Shown here: piece by piece, positions 9,138 through 18,620 of the stretch | How positions within the stretch are numbered: position 1 is the stretch's first letter | Layout of the letters: each line of letters begins with the position of its first letter | Assembly: GCA_963667725.2 (NCBI GenBank) | Contig: CAXXHO010000003.1 | Coordinates: 1,664,001-1,728,000, forward strand | Direction of reading: 5' to 3' | DNA from: Treponemataceae bacterium | Lineage (GTDB): Bacteria; Spirochaetota; Spirochaetia; Treponematales; Rectinemataceae | Length of the DNA stretch: 64,000 bases | Notes under the pieces: generated by a model | Told to the model about the DNA's origin: nothing | What the model saw: the letters and a program-made list of their open reading frames with translations, nothing else | The model's database searches: none | Translations under genes and position numbers: made by a program

Positions 9138-10248
9138 CGGCTCCTCCCTTCGCGATCCTGGGCACGCGCTTCGAGATGCCGCAGGTCACTTCATAATCGA
9201 TGGTGCCCATGAGGCCGGCCAGTTCGCCCGCGGGCAATTCGGGAAGACCGAAAAGAGTAACCTCATCGTCAAGCATGGCTTCGGGGATATCGGTTATGTC
9301 TATCATCACCTGATCCATGCAGATTCGCCCCGCAATGGGCGCCTTCCTCCCCCTTACGATCACGCTGCCTTTATTCGAGAGAAGACGGGAATAGCCGTCG
9401 GCGTAACCGATCTGCAGAAGGGCGATGCGCGAATCCCTCTGCGCGGTGAACAGCCGGCCGTAGCTGACGCTTTCTCCCTTTTTCAGCAGGCGGATATTGG
9501 CTATGGACGCGCAGAGCTGCATGACGGGAAGGAATCCTTCGGGCGGATTCGGATTCGCGTCGGGGGAAAGGCCGTAGAAGAGTATGCCGGGACGGACCAT
9601 GTCGAATCGGGCTTCGGGGATATGGAGAAGGGCGGCGCTGTTGGATATATGACGTATTGGGGGGCAGACACCGGCCGTCTTCATGCCTTTGAGGGCACGC
9701 CGGAATTCCGCGATCTGGCGGTAGGTGAAGGAAGTGTCGGGATTGTCGGCATCAGCGAAATGTGAATAGACACCTTCGATATATAGTCCTTCCATGGACG
9801 CGAGCGAACGGGAAAAGGATTCCGCCTCATCCGGGGAGATGCCTTGGCGATGCATGCCCGTATCGATCTTGAAGTGGATCTTGGCCGGATGATCTCGGCG
9901 GCGAGCGGACTTGGCGAGGGCAAGCGCCAGTTCCAAGGTATAAACGGTCTGGGTGATGTTCTGCGATACGATGATATCGGCGTTCGAGGGATCGGTGGTG
10001 CCGAGAACGAGGAGGGGCGTGGCGATGCCGGCCGAGCGAAGCTCCAGGGCTTCTTCCAGAAGGGCTACCGCGAGGTAGTCTATTCCCGCGCGGTCGAGGG
10101 CGCGCGATACGGCGATGGCGTCATGGCCGTAAGCGTCGGCCTTGACGACGGCGCAGACTTTTGCCTGACCGGCAAGGCTTCGGATTTTACGCAGGTTGTT
10201 GACGAGATTGTCGGTGTGAATATAGGCGGCGGCTTTTCTGTTCATCAT
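9127..10248 (-). CDS. alr: Alanine racemase
   Basis: AVVKADAYGH, KIDTGMHRQG, SHFADAD, SNSAA, VRPG, VSYG, GYADG, GRICMDQ, GTIDYE. Confidence 0.93.
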   Translation of the reverse strand: MMNRKAAAYIHTDNLVNNLRKIRSLAGQAKVCAVVKADAYGHDAIAVSRALDRAGIDYLAVALLEEALELRSAGIATPLLVLGTTDPSNADIIVSQNITQTVYTLELALALAKSARRRDHPAKIHFKIDTGMHRQGISPDEAESFSRSLASMEGLYIEGVYSHFADADNPDTSFTYRQIAEFRRALKGMKTAGVCPPIRHISNSAALLHIPEARFDMVRPGILFYGLSPDANPNPPEGFLPVMQLCASIANIRLLKKGESVSYGRLFTAQRDSRIALLQIGYADGYSRLLSNKGSVIVRGRKAPIAGRICMDQVMIDITDIPEAMLDDEVTLFGLPELPAGELAGLMGTIDYEVTCGISKRVPRIAKGGADAG

Positions 10249-10254
10249 ATGGTA

Positions 10255-11469
10255 TCAGCCCTTCTCCTGAACTTGGGATTTCGGTTGCGTTATTGGATTT
10301 GATCGGCTCGATGAGCTCGGTCTGCGGCAGGCGGTCAGCGTCTTGTCCCATATGAACAGATCGGCTTTCGCTCCCAGCTCTATGCTTCCCCCCTGCCCGC
10401 GGGCCGTGAAGCCGAGGGCGGCGCCGGGCACGAGGCTCATGGAGGCAAGCGCAGGGGCGAGAGAAAGGCCGGTAGCCGTCATATAGGATTGGACGATCTG
10501 CATGCCTAGTTTATTGGATCCGATAAGCGTGCCCGTTTCGCTGTAGCGCACGCCGTTCATGCTGGAGACTATGGACTTTCCGAAATAGCGGTAGTCGCCG
10601 TATTCCAGGCCTGCGGAAACCACGGCGTCGCTCGTGAGGATGAGGCGTTCAGAGGGGATACAGCGCGAAGCGGCTATCATGCTGCTGCCGTTCACATGGA
10701 TACCGTCGGCGTTGAGCTCGGTCCACGCGGGGATGCCCGCGAGGGCTACGTTGACGAGGCCGCCGCCGCCGCTGCGGTGGTCCAACCCGCTCATCGCGTT
10801 GAAGAGGTGGGTCACGGAAAAGGGCGGCGGCGGCAAGGCGACCCCGGCGCTCGCGCCCGAGTGCCCCAGCGAAACGAGGACGCCGTTCTCCCTCAGTATC
10901 GGATAGAGCGCCTCGGCGCCCGGCAGTTCAGGCGCGAGCGCCATTATCCTGAGCCTGCCCCTGGCCGTCTCGATTATTTTTCGGCACAAGTCCGTGTTCG
11001 GAGCCTCTATCTGCGGCAGGTTTATCCCTCCGCGATGCTTCGGGTCGATGAAAGGACCTTCGATATAAATTCCTGGAATAGTCTCCATGGGCAACCTCGA
11101 AGCCTCGATGGCATCCACAAGCCTTCCCACGGCCCCCTCGTCCCAGAGAATGGTGGGGACAAAACACCCCACTCCCCTCTTTTCCAGCTTCCCCGCGACT
11201 TCGAGGATATCCTCGGCGCCACGGACGCTTTCAAAACCAATGCCGAAGGCCCCATGGATATGCATTTCCACGAGCCGCGGCGCTATATAAGAACCGCCGC
11301 AATCGACAACGGCCAGATCGCGGTCTCCGGGATTGGATGCCAGGTATTCTTCAAGAGTTTCGCCGCCGATATGACGGATACTCCCCTCCTTGACGACGAG
11401 GATTCCCCCTTCGAGAAGCCTGTCGGGCAGGACGAATGTGCCTCCGGAGAGGATTTGAATGTCAGCCAT
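10255..11469 (-). CDS. nagA: N-acetylglucosamine-6-phosphate deacetylase
   Basis: HIHGAFG, EGPFI, APE, SLGHS, THLFNAM, ADGIHV, LTSDA, LIGS motifs. Confidence 0.85.
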   Translation of the reverse strand: MADIQILSGGTFVLPDRLLEGGILVVKEGSIRHIGGETLEEYLASNPGDRDLAVVDCGGSYIAPRLVEMHIHGAFGIGFESVRGAEDILEVAGKLEKRGVGCFVPTILWDEGAVGRLVDAIEASRLPMETIPGIYIEGPFIDPKHRGGINLPQIEAPNTDLCRKIIETARGRLRIMALAPELPGAEALYPILRENGVLVSLGHSGASAGVALPPPPFSVTHLFNAMSGLDHRSGGGGLVNVALAGIPAWTELNADGIHVNGSSMIAASRCIPSERLILTSDAVVSAGLEYGDYRYFGKSIVSSMNGVRYSETGTLIGSNKLGMQIVQSYMTATGLSLAPALASMSLVPGAALGFTARGQGGSIELGAKADLFIWDKTLTACRRPSSSSRSNPITQPKSQVQEKG

Positions 11470-11617
11470 ACTGCTCCGTATTGTCGTACAGCTTGGCCTC
11501 GCGTGTAAAGGCAAGGGAACTTCTTTCTTCGGCGTACATGACAAGGTTCCCGCTTCTGGGCTATCATGGATCGACCAATCGCCCCAAGGAACACTCGATG
11601 ACTCCCAAGGAACGACG

Positions 11618-12418
11618 ATGAAAAACGAAAAAATCGGCAATATCGCCCTCGACATGGACGGCACCATACTCGACAAGAACTATGTCCTCTCCGCTGCCGT
11701 AAAAGACACGCTGATCGCCTGCCGCGCGATAGGGAAAAAAGTAATCATATCGACCGGCCGCGTTTTCGCTTCCGCGAACAAGCATATCTCCGCCCTTGGC
11801 GGAGTCGACGGTTTCGTCTGCTCGAATGGCGCCGATGTCTATGACGGCAAGGGCATGATGATCGCCCAGACGCATATGGACGATGAGCTTTCCCGCCGGT
11901 TTGTCGATATAGCCCGCGCCTGCGATTCGCATTTTCACGCCTTTATCGGCGACAATTGGTATTATGAACGCGAAAAGACCTATACACAGTTCTATATCAA
12001 GCGATCGGGTCTCGAGGGAAACCATGTGAATTTCGACAATTTCGAAAAACTTTCTTTCACCAAATGCATGTTCCTGGACGATCACGAAAAGCTCGAAATC
12101 ATAAGAGAGAAGATCGAGGCGACGATGAGCGGCAGCGCCCAGGTCATGTATTCCGCTCCCTTCATGCTCGAGGTTGTCGTAAACGGGGTGAGCAAGGCAT
12201 CGGGGCTGCGGTCCTGCGTGGGCCACTGGGGCGGCAGCCTGGACGAAGTCATCGCGTTCGGCGACGCGGGCAACGACGAGGACATGCTCCTCGCCGCGGC
12301 GGTCGGGGTAGCCATGGGCAACGCTTCCGACGAACTGAAAGCCAAGGTCGACGCCGTGGCTCCTTCGGTCGACGAGGATGGCGTCGCGGTCTTCTTAAAG
12401 GATTTTTTCGATCTTTAG
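11618..12418 (+). CDS. Cof-type HAD-IIB sugar/phospho-hydrolase
   Basis: DMDGT, STGR, CSNGA, VSKASG, AFGDAGNDEDML, GVAMGNA. Confidence 0.92.
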   Translation: MKNEKIGNIALDMDGTILDKNYVLSAAVKDTLIACRAIGKKVIISTGRVFASANKHISALGGVDGFVCSNGADVYDGKGMMIAQTHMDDELSRRFVDIARACDSHFHAFIGDNWYYEREKTYTQFYIKRSGLEGNHVNFDNFEKLSFTKCMFLDDHEKLEIIREKIEATMSGSAQVMYSAPFMLEVVVNGVSKASGLRSCVGHWGGSLDEVIAFGDAGNDEDMLLAAAVGVAMGNASDELKAKVDAVAPSVDEDGVAVFLKDFFDL

Positions 12419-12457
12419 CTAAGGCCTAACCTTTATTTTCTCGCCTTGATTTCATCC

Positions 12458-12487
12458 TTGACCCTTCGAGGCTGTCTTGGATATCAT
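12458..12487 (+). promoter_or_regulatory. sigma70-type promoter upstream of tRNA-Leu
   Basis: TTGACC-N18-TATCAT followed by a GC-rich discriminator. Confidence 0.55.
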
Positions 12488-12547
12488 TGCGGCGTTGCGC
12501 GGCCACGCGGCGTCCTCCGGACGGCCCGCGTTCCCGCTTTTCGACGA

Positions 12548-12633
12548 GCCGGGGTGGTGGAATTGGCAGACACCAGGGACTTAAAATCCCTTGCTGTGCA
12601 AACGGCGTGCGGGTTCGAAACCCGTCCCCGGCA
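12548..12633 (+). tRNA. tRNA-Leu (anticodon TAA), CCA not encoded
   Basis: Acceptor stem GCCGGGG/CCCCGGC, D-arm GGAATTGGCAGACA, anticodon arm AGGGA-CTTAAAA-TCCCT, long variable arm, T-loop TTCGAAA. Confidence 0.96.
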
Positions 12634-12679
12634 TTATTTGGATGTAGGGTTTCTCTGACGGTTCTCTCGGGGGGAAGGC

Positions 12680-13273
12680 ATGAATCCTGATCTATTGCCC
12701 ATGATTTCCTATATTTTCATCACCACGTTTACCCCCGGGCCCAACAATCTTTCCTCGGCCGCGGCGGGCATCAAGGTCGGGCTCCGGAGAACCCTGCCTT
12801 ATCTCTTCGGGATTTCCTCGGGCTTTTTCTGCGTCCTGGCGAGTTCGGGGCTATTCAGCGTCTTCCTGCGCACGCGCTATTCGGCCATAGCTCCCTATCT
12901 CAAATGGCTGGGGTTTTCCTATATGATCTGGCTCGCGGTATCGCCGTTTATAAAGCATAAGTCCGCCGGCCTGAAAGACGTAAGCTATTCCTACCCTACC
13001 GGACTGCTACTCCAGATCGTCAATCCCAAATCCATCCTCTATGGAATAACCATTTACGCTTCTTTTTTCGATTTGCTGGCAGGCAGCGTTCCCAGAGTCC
13101 TCTTCTCGGCTTTCCTGCTGACGATCGTCGGTTTCGTCTCGATCCTCACATGGACGCTGGCCGGCACCGCCCTGACAAAAATCCTCAAAGGCCCGAAAAG
13201 CGAGCTTATTTTCAATGTCGGCATGGGAATTTTATTGGTCTACTCGGCTATTTCCATCGTGTCCCATTCATGA
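12680..13273 (+). CDS. LysE/RhtB family amino-acid exporter
   Basis: FTPGPNN motif, LQIVNPK, six hydrophobic segments. Confidence 0.9.
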   Translation: MNPDLLPMISYIFITTFTPGPNNLSSAAAGIKVGLRRTLPYLFGISSGFFCVLASSGLFSVFLRTRYSAIAPYLKWLGFSYMIWLAVSPFIKHKSAGLKDVSYSYPTGLLLQIVNPKSILYGITIYASFFDLLAGSVPRVLFSAFLLTIVGFVSILTWTLAGTALTKILKGPKSELIFNVGMGILLVYSAISIVSHS

Positions 13274-13364
13274 TATTGCCGCCCGCGCGGTAATATCATC
13301 TCGCCATCCGGGTGGCAGAGCTGTCAACGGCTACCGCTCAAGCCCTAGAGAAAGGTTGCCCGAT

Positions 13365-13790
13365 TTATCGGCAGGCCAGTTCGTCCATCCTGCGCAGACG
13401 CCGCGAGAGATCTCTCGCGAGGTTCATCACTAGAAGGGAGAAAGCCTTGAGGTCGACTTTGGATATTTCGTAAAGGGCGCGGTTGGAGATGGTGACGACT
13501 TCGAGGGGTTCCTGGGCGATTATGGTGGCGATGCTGGGCATGACGTCGATGAGTTCCATTTCGCCGAAGGTCTCGCCCTCGCCCAATTCGGCGATGACGA
13601 TGCCTTGTTTGGAGACGCTCACGCGCCCGCCGATGATGAAGAAGATTTTATCGTTGGGATCGCCCTCGCGCATGGGCATATCGTCGGCATCGTAGCGGGC
13701 ATATCCGAAAAGCGGTTTGATCCGCTCTATCTGTTCGGGCAGCACGCCGCCGAACAGGGAATACTTCTGCAGTGCGTTAGTGTCGATCAT
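13365..13790 (-). CDS. Stand-alone cyclic nucleotide-binding (cNMP) domain protein
   Basis: REGD, FFIIGGRVSV, GETFGEMELI..PSIAT; GAGGGGAG RBS and TATAAT upstream. Confidence 0.88.
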   Translation of the reverse strand: MIDTNALQKYSLFGGVLPEQIERIKPLFGYARYDADDMPMREGDPNDKIFFIIGGRVSVSKQGIVIAELGEGETFGEMELIDVMPSIATIIAQEPLEVVTISNRALYEISKVDLKAFSLLVMNLARDLSRRLRRMDELACR

Positions 13791-13921
13791 CGCTCCCCTC
13801 GATTCCATTATACCTCATCCTATGCATTTTTGTGGATAATTTTGCTACATTGGAAAAATTGAAGGCTGGGGGCGCCGATTCAGGTCCCGACGGATTCAGG
13901 CGCTGCTCGGTCCGTCCGTGT

Positions 13922-14860
13922 TCAGGCCTTGCCGCGGGGGTTGGCGATGCCGAAGGGGACATGGACGCAGGCGGCCATGGGACCGGCCCCTTCGAGATGG
14001 CTCAGCTGATCGTCGAAAAACAGGTGGGGCTTGAAGACTTCGAGAATCCGGCGCTTATCGATGCCGCCCAGGAAGAATATTTCGTCGGTAAAAATGCCCC
14101 AGCTTTTGAGGGTGTTGATGACGCGTTCGTGGGCGGGGGCATTCCGGGCGGTGATGATCGCCGTCCTTACCGCCGTCCGGCTTCCGGAATCCTGGCCGAG
14201 TCCTTGGCGCTGATGCTTCTGGAGGGCCGCGAGCTTTTCGAAAAATGTCTTCATGGGACCGGGATCGAGGGGATTGTCGGCGTTGCGGAGTTCGGCGTCA
14301 GCGAAGGCTTCGCGGCCCCCGGGCGAGCGGTACAGGCGCTCGGCCTCATCGTCCGCGATGACGCCGTCGAAATCGAAGGCCACCCTGAGTTCGCCTTCTT
14401 CGTCCTCGCCGAAGCCTGAGGACATGATGAGTCCGGCGGGCAGGCCCGCTTCGATGGCTGAGCGCACGTCCTCGGGGTTCGCCGAAAGAAAGAGCGACGC
14501 GTTGAAGGCGGAAATATAGGGATAGGGGGAGCGGCCATCCAGGAAAGCCGCCCGGACAATATCGAGATCATAGTGGCGTATGGTCTTGAAGACGCGAATA
14601 CCCGCCTCGGGATCGTTGCGCGACAGAAGCACGACTTCGGCGGGACCTTCGCCCTGCGCGAATCCTTTGTTGAGCGAGAGGAAGCGGCGTATGAACCAGA
14701 ACGCGTTGCCCCGCTCCAGCGGTTCGTCGCTCCGGGCGCTCATCCATTCGCGGTATTCGTCGTCGCCCCGCGTCCTGAATATCTCATCGGAGGCCTTGAG
14801 ATCGAAGAGAGCGCTCGACGAGACCGCGATGACGATCTTGCTTTCAATGGGATACGGCAA
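13922..14860 (-). CDS. 5'-nucleotidase (cN-I-like HAD family)
   Basis: IAVSSSALFDL, VLLSRND, LFLSAN, LRVAFDFDGVIADD, TARNAPAHERV, PHLFFDDQ; probable TTG start. Confidence 0.88.
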   Translation of the reverse strand: MPYPIESKIVIAVSSSALFDLKASDEIFRTRGDDEYREWMSARSDEPLERGNAFWFIRRFLSLNKGFAQGEGPAEVVLLSRNDPEAGIRVFKTIRHYDLDIVRAAFLDGRSPYPYISAFNASLFLSANPEDVRSAIEAGLPAGLIMSSGFGEDEEGELRVAFDFDGVIADDEAERLYRSPGGREAFADAELRNADNPLDPGPMKTFFEKLAALQKHQRQGLGQDSGSRTAVRTAIITARNAPAHERVINTLKSWGIFTDEIFFLGGIDKRRILEVFKPHLFFDDQLSHLEGAGPMAACVHVPFGIANPRGKA

Positions 14861-14867
14861 TGTTCTT

Positions 14868-15821
14868 TCAGCGCCTCCCCGAATCGTAGATCTGGCCGGA
14901 AGCCTTAGGTCCCACCGATTTGCCCGCGAAGATGACGAGGGCGACGATGGTGAGCACATAGGGTAAGGCGTAGAAAAATTCTCCGGGCAGGTTCGAGAGA
15001 AAGGTGATGTCCTTCGCGTAGAAGGACAAGGCTGTCGAGAATCCGAAGAAGAGGCCTGCTCCCATCACGCCGAAGGGATTCCATTTCCCGAAGACCAGGG
15101 ACGCGAGGGCGATAAAACCTGTGCCATGGATGGACACGAGGGTGTACTGGATATCGGCCGTGAGAACCATGACGCCGCCCGCCAGACCGGCGAGAGCGCC
15201 CGAAGCCATGACGCCGAAGTAGCGCATCCAGGCGACATTAATGCCCATGCTGGCCGCTGCCTGGGGATGCTCGCCGCAGGAGCGCAGCCTGAGGCCGAAA
15301 GGTGTCTTGTAGACCAGGAGCCAGGTAAAAAGCACCATCAGGATGGCGATGTAGAAGGTTGGGTAGTTCTCTATGAAGAACATCTTTCCCAGCAGGGGAA
15401 TTTTTTCGAGCAGAGGCACTGTCATTTTCTGGATGCCGTTGGAGAAGGACTTCGTTCTCTGCTGGTGAAAGATGATCTGGCAGAGATAGACCGTCAGGCC
15501 GGCCGCGAGGATGTTGAGGGCTGTGCCCGATATGGTCTGGTCGGCTTTCATGTTGACGCTGGCGACGGCGTGGAGGAGGCTAAAAAGTATCCCTGCGGCG
15601 AAACCGGCAGCCAGGCCGAGCCATGGAGCGAGGGGCGTGACTCCCTCGAGGAGAACGGTGACCGTGGCGGCCGCGAAGGCGCCGATCATCATGATGCCCT
15701 CAAGGGCTATGTTGACTATTCCCGAGCGTTCGCTGAAAAGTCCTCCGAGGGCGGCTATAATGATCGGCGAGGCGAACATGAGGGCGATCGGAAACATTTC
15801 AAAAAATATTTTAACGCTCAT
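14868..15821 (-). CDS. Nucleoside ABC transporter permease (NupC-like)
   Basis: SERSGIVNIALEG, GLRLRSCGEHP, GFIALA..FGKWNP, LPYVLT. Confidence 0.9.
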   Translation of the reverse strand: MSVKIFFEMFPIALMFASPIIIAALGGLFSERSGIVNIALEGIMMIGAFAAATVTVLLEGVTPLAPWLGLAAGFAAGILFSLLHAVASVNMKADQTISGTALNILAAGLTVYLCQIIFHQQRTKSFSNGIQKMTVPLLEKIPLLGKMFFIENYPTFYIAILMVLFTWLLVYKTPFGLRLRSCGEHPQAAASMGINVAWMRYFGVMASGALAGLAGGVMVLTADIQYTLVSIHGTGFIALASLVFGKWNPFGVMGAGLFFGFSTALSFYAKDITFLSNLPGEFFYALPYVLTIVALVIFAGKSVGPKASGQIYDSGRR

Positions 15822-16912
15822 ACTCTATCTCCATCGGCCGAAACCGCCTCTTTCTTCTTGAACCGCTCCAGAAGAAGCTTGATCCCGAACTGCATCGCCA
15901 CGAAAAGGACGATCGAAGCCTGGATTATGCCCGCGATCTCGCGGGGTATGCCCTGAGACTGCATGAGGGGCTGCGCCGACTTCAGCATACCGAAGAGAAG
16001 GCCGGCGAAAAGTATGCCCGAGGCCTCGTTGCCGCCGACGAGGGCGACGGCTATGCCGTCGAAGCCATAGCCTTCGGCCGCCGACATGGCGCGCCCGAAA
16101 TTGAAGGTGCCGACCGTGATCACCGAACCAGCGAGTCCGGCGAAGGCTCCTGCTATCATCATCGAAAGGATTATGTTCCTGTTCACCTTCATGCCGGCGT
16201 AGCGCGCTCCGTCCTTGTTGAAGCCCACGGCGCGGAGCGAGTAGCCGAAGGTCGTCTTGTTGATGACAAATGAAAATATCAGCAGCGCGAGTAGGACGGG
16301 GATGAAGCCCCAGTTGAGCCTCGAGCCCCGCGTCAGCGACTGGAGGAAGGGCGACTTGAGCAGGGCCGTCTCGGGGAAAAAAGCCGTCTTCACCTTGTCC
16401 TGGGATCCGAAGATGTTGAGAATGACGAAGTTGTTGAGGTGCAGGGCTATGTAGTTCATCATGATCGACACCGTCACTTCATGGACGTTGAACTTAGCTT
16501 TCAGGAAGCCCGGTACGGCGCCCCAGAGCGCGCCCGCCGCCACGGAAGCGAGGATAACCAGGGGAAGATGGATGAACCTGGGCGCCTCGACGAGGAGGGC
16601 GACGGCGGTGGCGGCGAGGGAACCCACCATGAGCTGACCTTCGGCCCCGATACTAAAGAGTCCCGTGCGCGAAGCGAAAGCGAAGGCTAATCCCGTGAGG
16701 ATGATGGGCATGGCGTTGATGACCAATTCGCCAATATAGCGGGGATTGAAGGGCACGTCGTTGACCAGGTCGATGCCCGAAAAGCCCTTGAGCATGGCCG
16801 CGAACATGGCGAGGGGCGACCTGCCCGTCGCGGCGATGATGATGGATCCAAGGAGGAACCCCAGAAAAACGGCGATAAGCGGCAAGACGATTTTTTCGCG
16901 TCGTTTTGTCAT
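15818..16912 (-). CDS. Nucleoside ABC transporter permease (NupB-like)
   Basis: GLFSIGAEGQ, HEVTVSIMMNY, GYSLRAVG, GYGFDGIAVAL. Confidence 0.9.
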   Translation of the reverse strand: MTKRREKIVLPLIAVFLGFLLGSIIIAATGRSPLAMFAAMLKGFSGIDLVNDVPFNPRYIGELVINAMPIILTGLAFAFASRTGLFSIGAEGQLMVGSLAATAVALLVEAPRFIHLPLVILASVAAGALWGAVPGFLKAKFNVHEVTVSIMMNYIALHLNNFVILNIFGSQDKVKTAFFPETALLKSPFLQSLTRGSRLNWGFIPVLLALLIFSFVINKTTFGYSLRAVGFNKDGARYAGMKVNRNIILSMMIAGAFAGLAGSVITVGTFNFGRAMSAAEGYGFDGIAVALVGGNEASGILFAGLLFGMLKSAQPLMQSQGIPREIAGIIQASIVLFVAMQFGIKLLLERFKKKEAVSADGDRV

Positions 16913-18444
16913 GCTTGTCCTCCCTTCGGTGTTTTGCGCAGGGATCCGGACATCATGAGCCCCAGCTCGTTCTCGCTGGTCTCGGCCGCCGCGACGACGC
17001 CGACGATTTCGCCGCCATAGATGACGGCTACCCGGTCGGAGACATCGATGATCTCGTCCAATTCAAGGGAGATGAGCAGAATGGCCTTTCCCTTATCCCT
17101 CTCAGCCACGATCCGCTTATGGATATATTCGATGGCGCCGACGTCCAGGCCTCGCGTGGGCTGGGCGACGATGAAGACATCGGGAGAGCGGTCTATTTCC
17201 CTCGCGACGATGGCCTTCTGCTGGTTGCCTCCCGACATGGACCGTGTCGGCGTCGCGGCGCCCTGGCCCGTGCGTACGTCGAATTCGACGATGAGGCGAT
17301 CCGCGTTGCTCCTGATGGCTTTTCTGTTGAGCACCCCCCAGTGGGCGAAGGGTTTTCTCATGTAACTATGGATAACCAGGTTCTCGTCCAGATTGAAATC
17401 AAGGATGAGACCGTATCGGTGCCTGTCCTCGGGTATATGGCCCAAGCCCAGGTCCAGCCGCTCCTTGATGGGCATATTGGCGATATCCACATCGCGCAGG
17501 AGGATTCTGCCCCCCTCGACCTTGGTCAGTCCGGTTATAGCCTGTATGAGCTCGGTCTGTCCGTTTCCGTCAATGCCGCAGAGCCCCAGGATTTCGCCAG
17601 CCCTCACGTCGAGGGAAAGCTTCTTCACGCCCATCACACCCTTGGAATTCTTGACTTCCAGATCCTCTATCCTGAGGAGCGTTTCGCCGGGCTTCGCCTG
17701 CGCCTTCTCGACATGGAAGTTGACTTCCCTGCCGACCATCATCTCCGCCATGCGCTCTTCCGAAGTCTCGGCGACGGGAACCGTTCCGACGCATCTGCCC
17801 CGCCTGAGCACGGTGCAGATATCGGCCACCGCCTTGATTTCCTTAAGCTTGTGGGTGATGAGAAGGATGGTTTTGCCCTCGGCCACGAGGCGCCGCATGA
17901 TCTGCATGAGTTCGTGGATTTCCTGGGGCGTAAGGACGGCCGTAGGCTCGTCGAAGATGAGAATCTCGGCGTCCCGGTAGAGCATCTTCAGGATCTCGAC
18001 GCGCTGCTGCATGCCCACGGAAATGTCTTCTATTTTCGAACGCGGATCTACCGCCATGCCGTAAAGCTTGGAAATGGCCGCCACTTTTTTTTCGGCGCTC
18101 GCCGTATCGAGGAAAGGCCCCTTGCGCGGTTCCATCCCGAGAATGATGTTCTCGGTGACGGTAAAATTCTGGACGAGCTTGAAATGCTGGTGGACCATGC
18201 CTATGCCGAGAGAGGTCGCTATGTTGGGGTCGCTTATCTCGACTTCTTTGCCTTTGATCTTGATGATGCCCGTCTCCGCCTTGTAAAGGCCGAAGAGTAT
18301 GCTCATGAGGGTAGATTTTCCGGCGCCGTTCTCACCCAAAAGCGCGTGGATGCTGCGTTCTTCCACCTGGAGGGTAATGTCATCGTTGGCTCTGATGCCG
18401 GGAAAATCTTTGGTAATGTTGAGCATCTCGATGATGTATCCCAC
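16909..18444 (-). CDS. Nucleoside ABC transporter ATP-binding protein (NupA-like, tandem ABC domains)
   Basis: GENGAGKS, GMVHQHF, FDEPT, IPEDR, SGGNQQK, QPTRGLD. Confidence 0.93.
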   Translation of the reverse strand: MGYIIEMLNITKDFPGIRANDDITLQVEERSIHALLGENGAGKSTLMSILFGLYKAETGIIKIKGKEVEISDPNIATSLGIGMVHQHFKLVQNFTVTENIILGMEPRKGPFLDTASAEKKVAAISKLYGMAVDPRSKIEDISVGMQQRVEILKMLYRDAEILIFDEPTAVLTPQEIHELMQIMRRLVAEGKTILLITHKLKEIKAVADICTVLRRGRCVGTVPVAETSEERMAEMMVGREVNFHVEKAQAKPGETLLRIEDLEVKNSKGVMGVKKLSLDVRAGEILGLCGIDGNGQTELIQAITGLTKVEGGRILLRDVDIANMPIKERLDLGLGHIPEDRHRYGLILDFNLDENLVIHSYMRKPFAHWGVLNRKAIRSNADRLIVEFDVRTGQGAATPTRSMSGGNQQKAIVAREIDRSPDVFIVAQPTRGLDVGAIEYIHKRIVAERDKGKAILLISLELDEIIDVSDRVAVIYGGEIVGVVAAAETSENELGLMMSGSLRKTPKGGQA

Positions 18445-18477
18445 CGTTCCGCCCCCTGGTACAGGATTGTTTTTATA

Positions 18478-18486
18478 AGTATAGCA
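18478..18486 (-). promoter_or_regulatory. Extended -10 promoter for the ABC ATPase/permease genes
   Basis: TGCTATACT on the minus strand, about 35 nt upstream of the start. Confidence 0.5.
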
Positions 18487-18539
18487 TGAAAAAAGTTGCC
18501 GAGGCTAGATAAAATCCGGCGGTGGCAGCAACGGCAAAG

Positions 18540-18574
18540 GAAGGGCCGTCCGCGATCTTCGCGGACGGCCCTTC
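18540..18574 (-). terminator. Strong GC hairpin downstream of the BMP gene (terminator or mRNA stabiliser)
   Basis: GAAGGGCCGTCCGCGA-TCT-TCGCGGACGGCCCTTC, a perfect 16-bp stem with a weak U-tract. Confidence 0.7.
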
Positions 18575-18620
18575 AGGCGAGTCGTCAGGTCCGCTTCGGG
18601 GCCTGACCTCTGCGATTGCC

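Noticed and set aside
11582..11621. Short direct repeat CCCAAGGAAC...CGATGA before the HAD gene
   Set aside because: It looks like a small local duplication of the RBS/start region, with no further support for a function.
12548..13400. tRNA-Leu as an island integration site
   Set aside because: No integrase follows it and I found no duplicated tRNA 3' end in the window.
13831..13839. Perfect DnaA box (TGTGGATAA) upstream of the cNMP-domain gene
   Set aside because: I saw only one copy, with no box cluster, unwinding element or dnaA/dnaN nearby. One 9-mer in 64 kb is compatible with chance.
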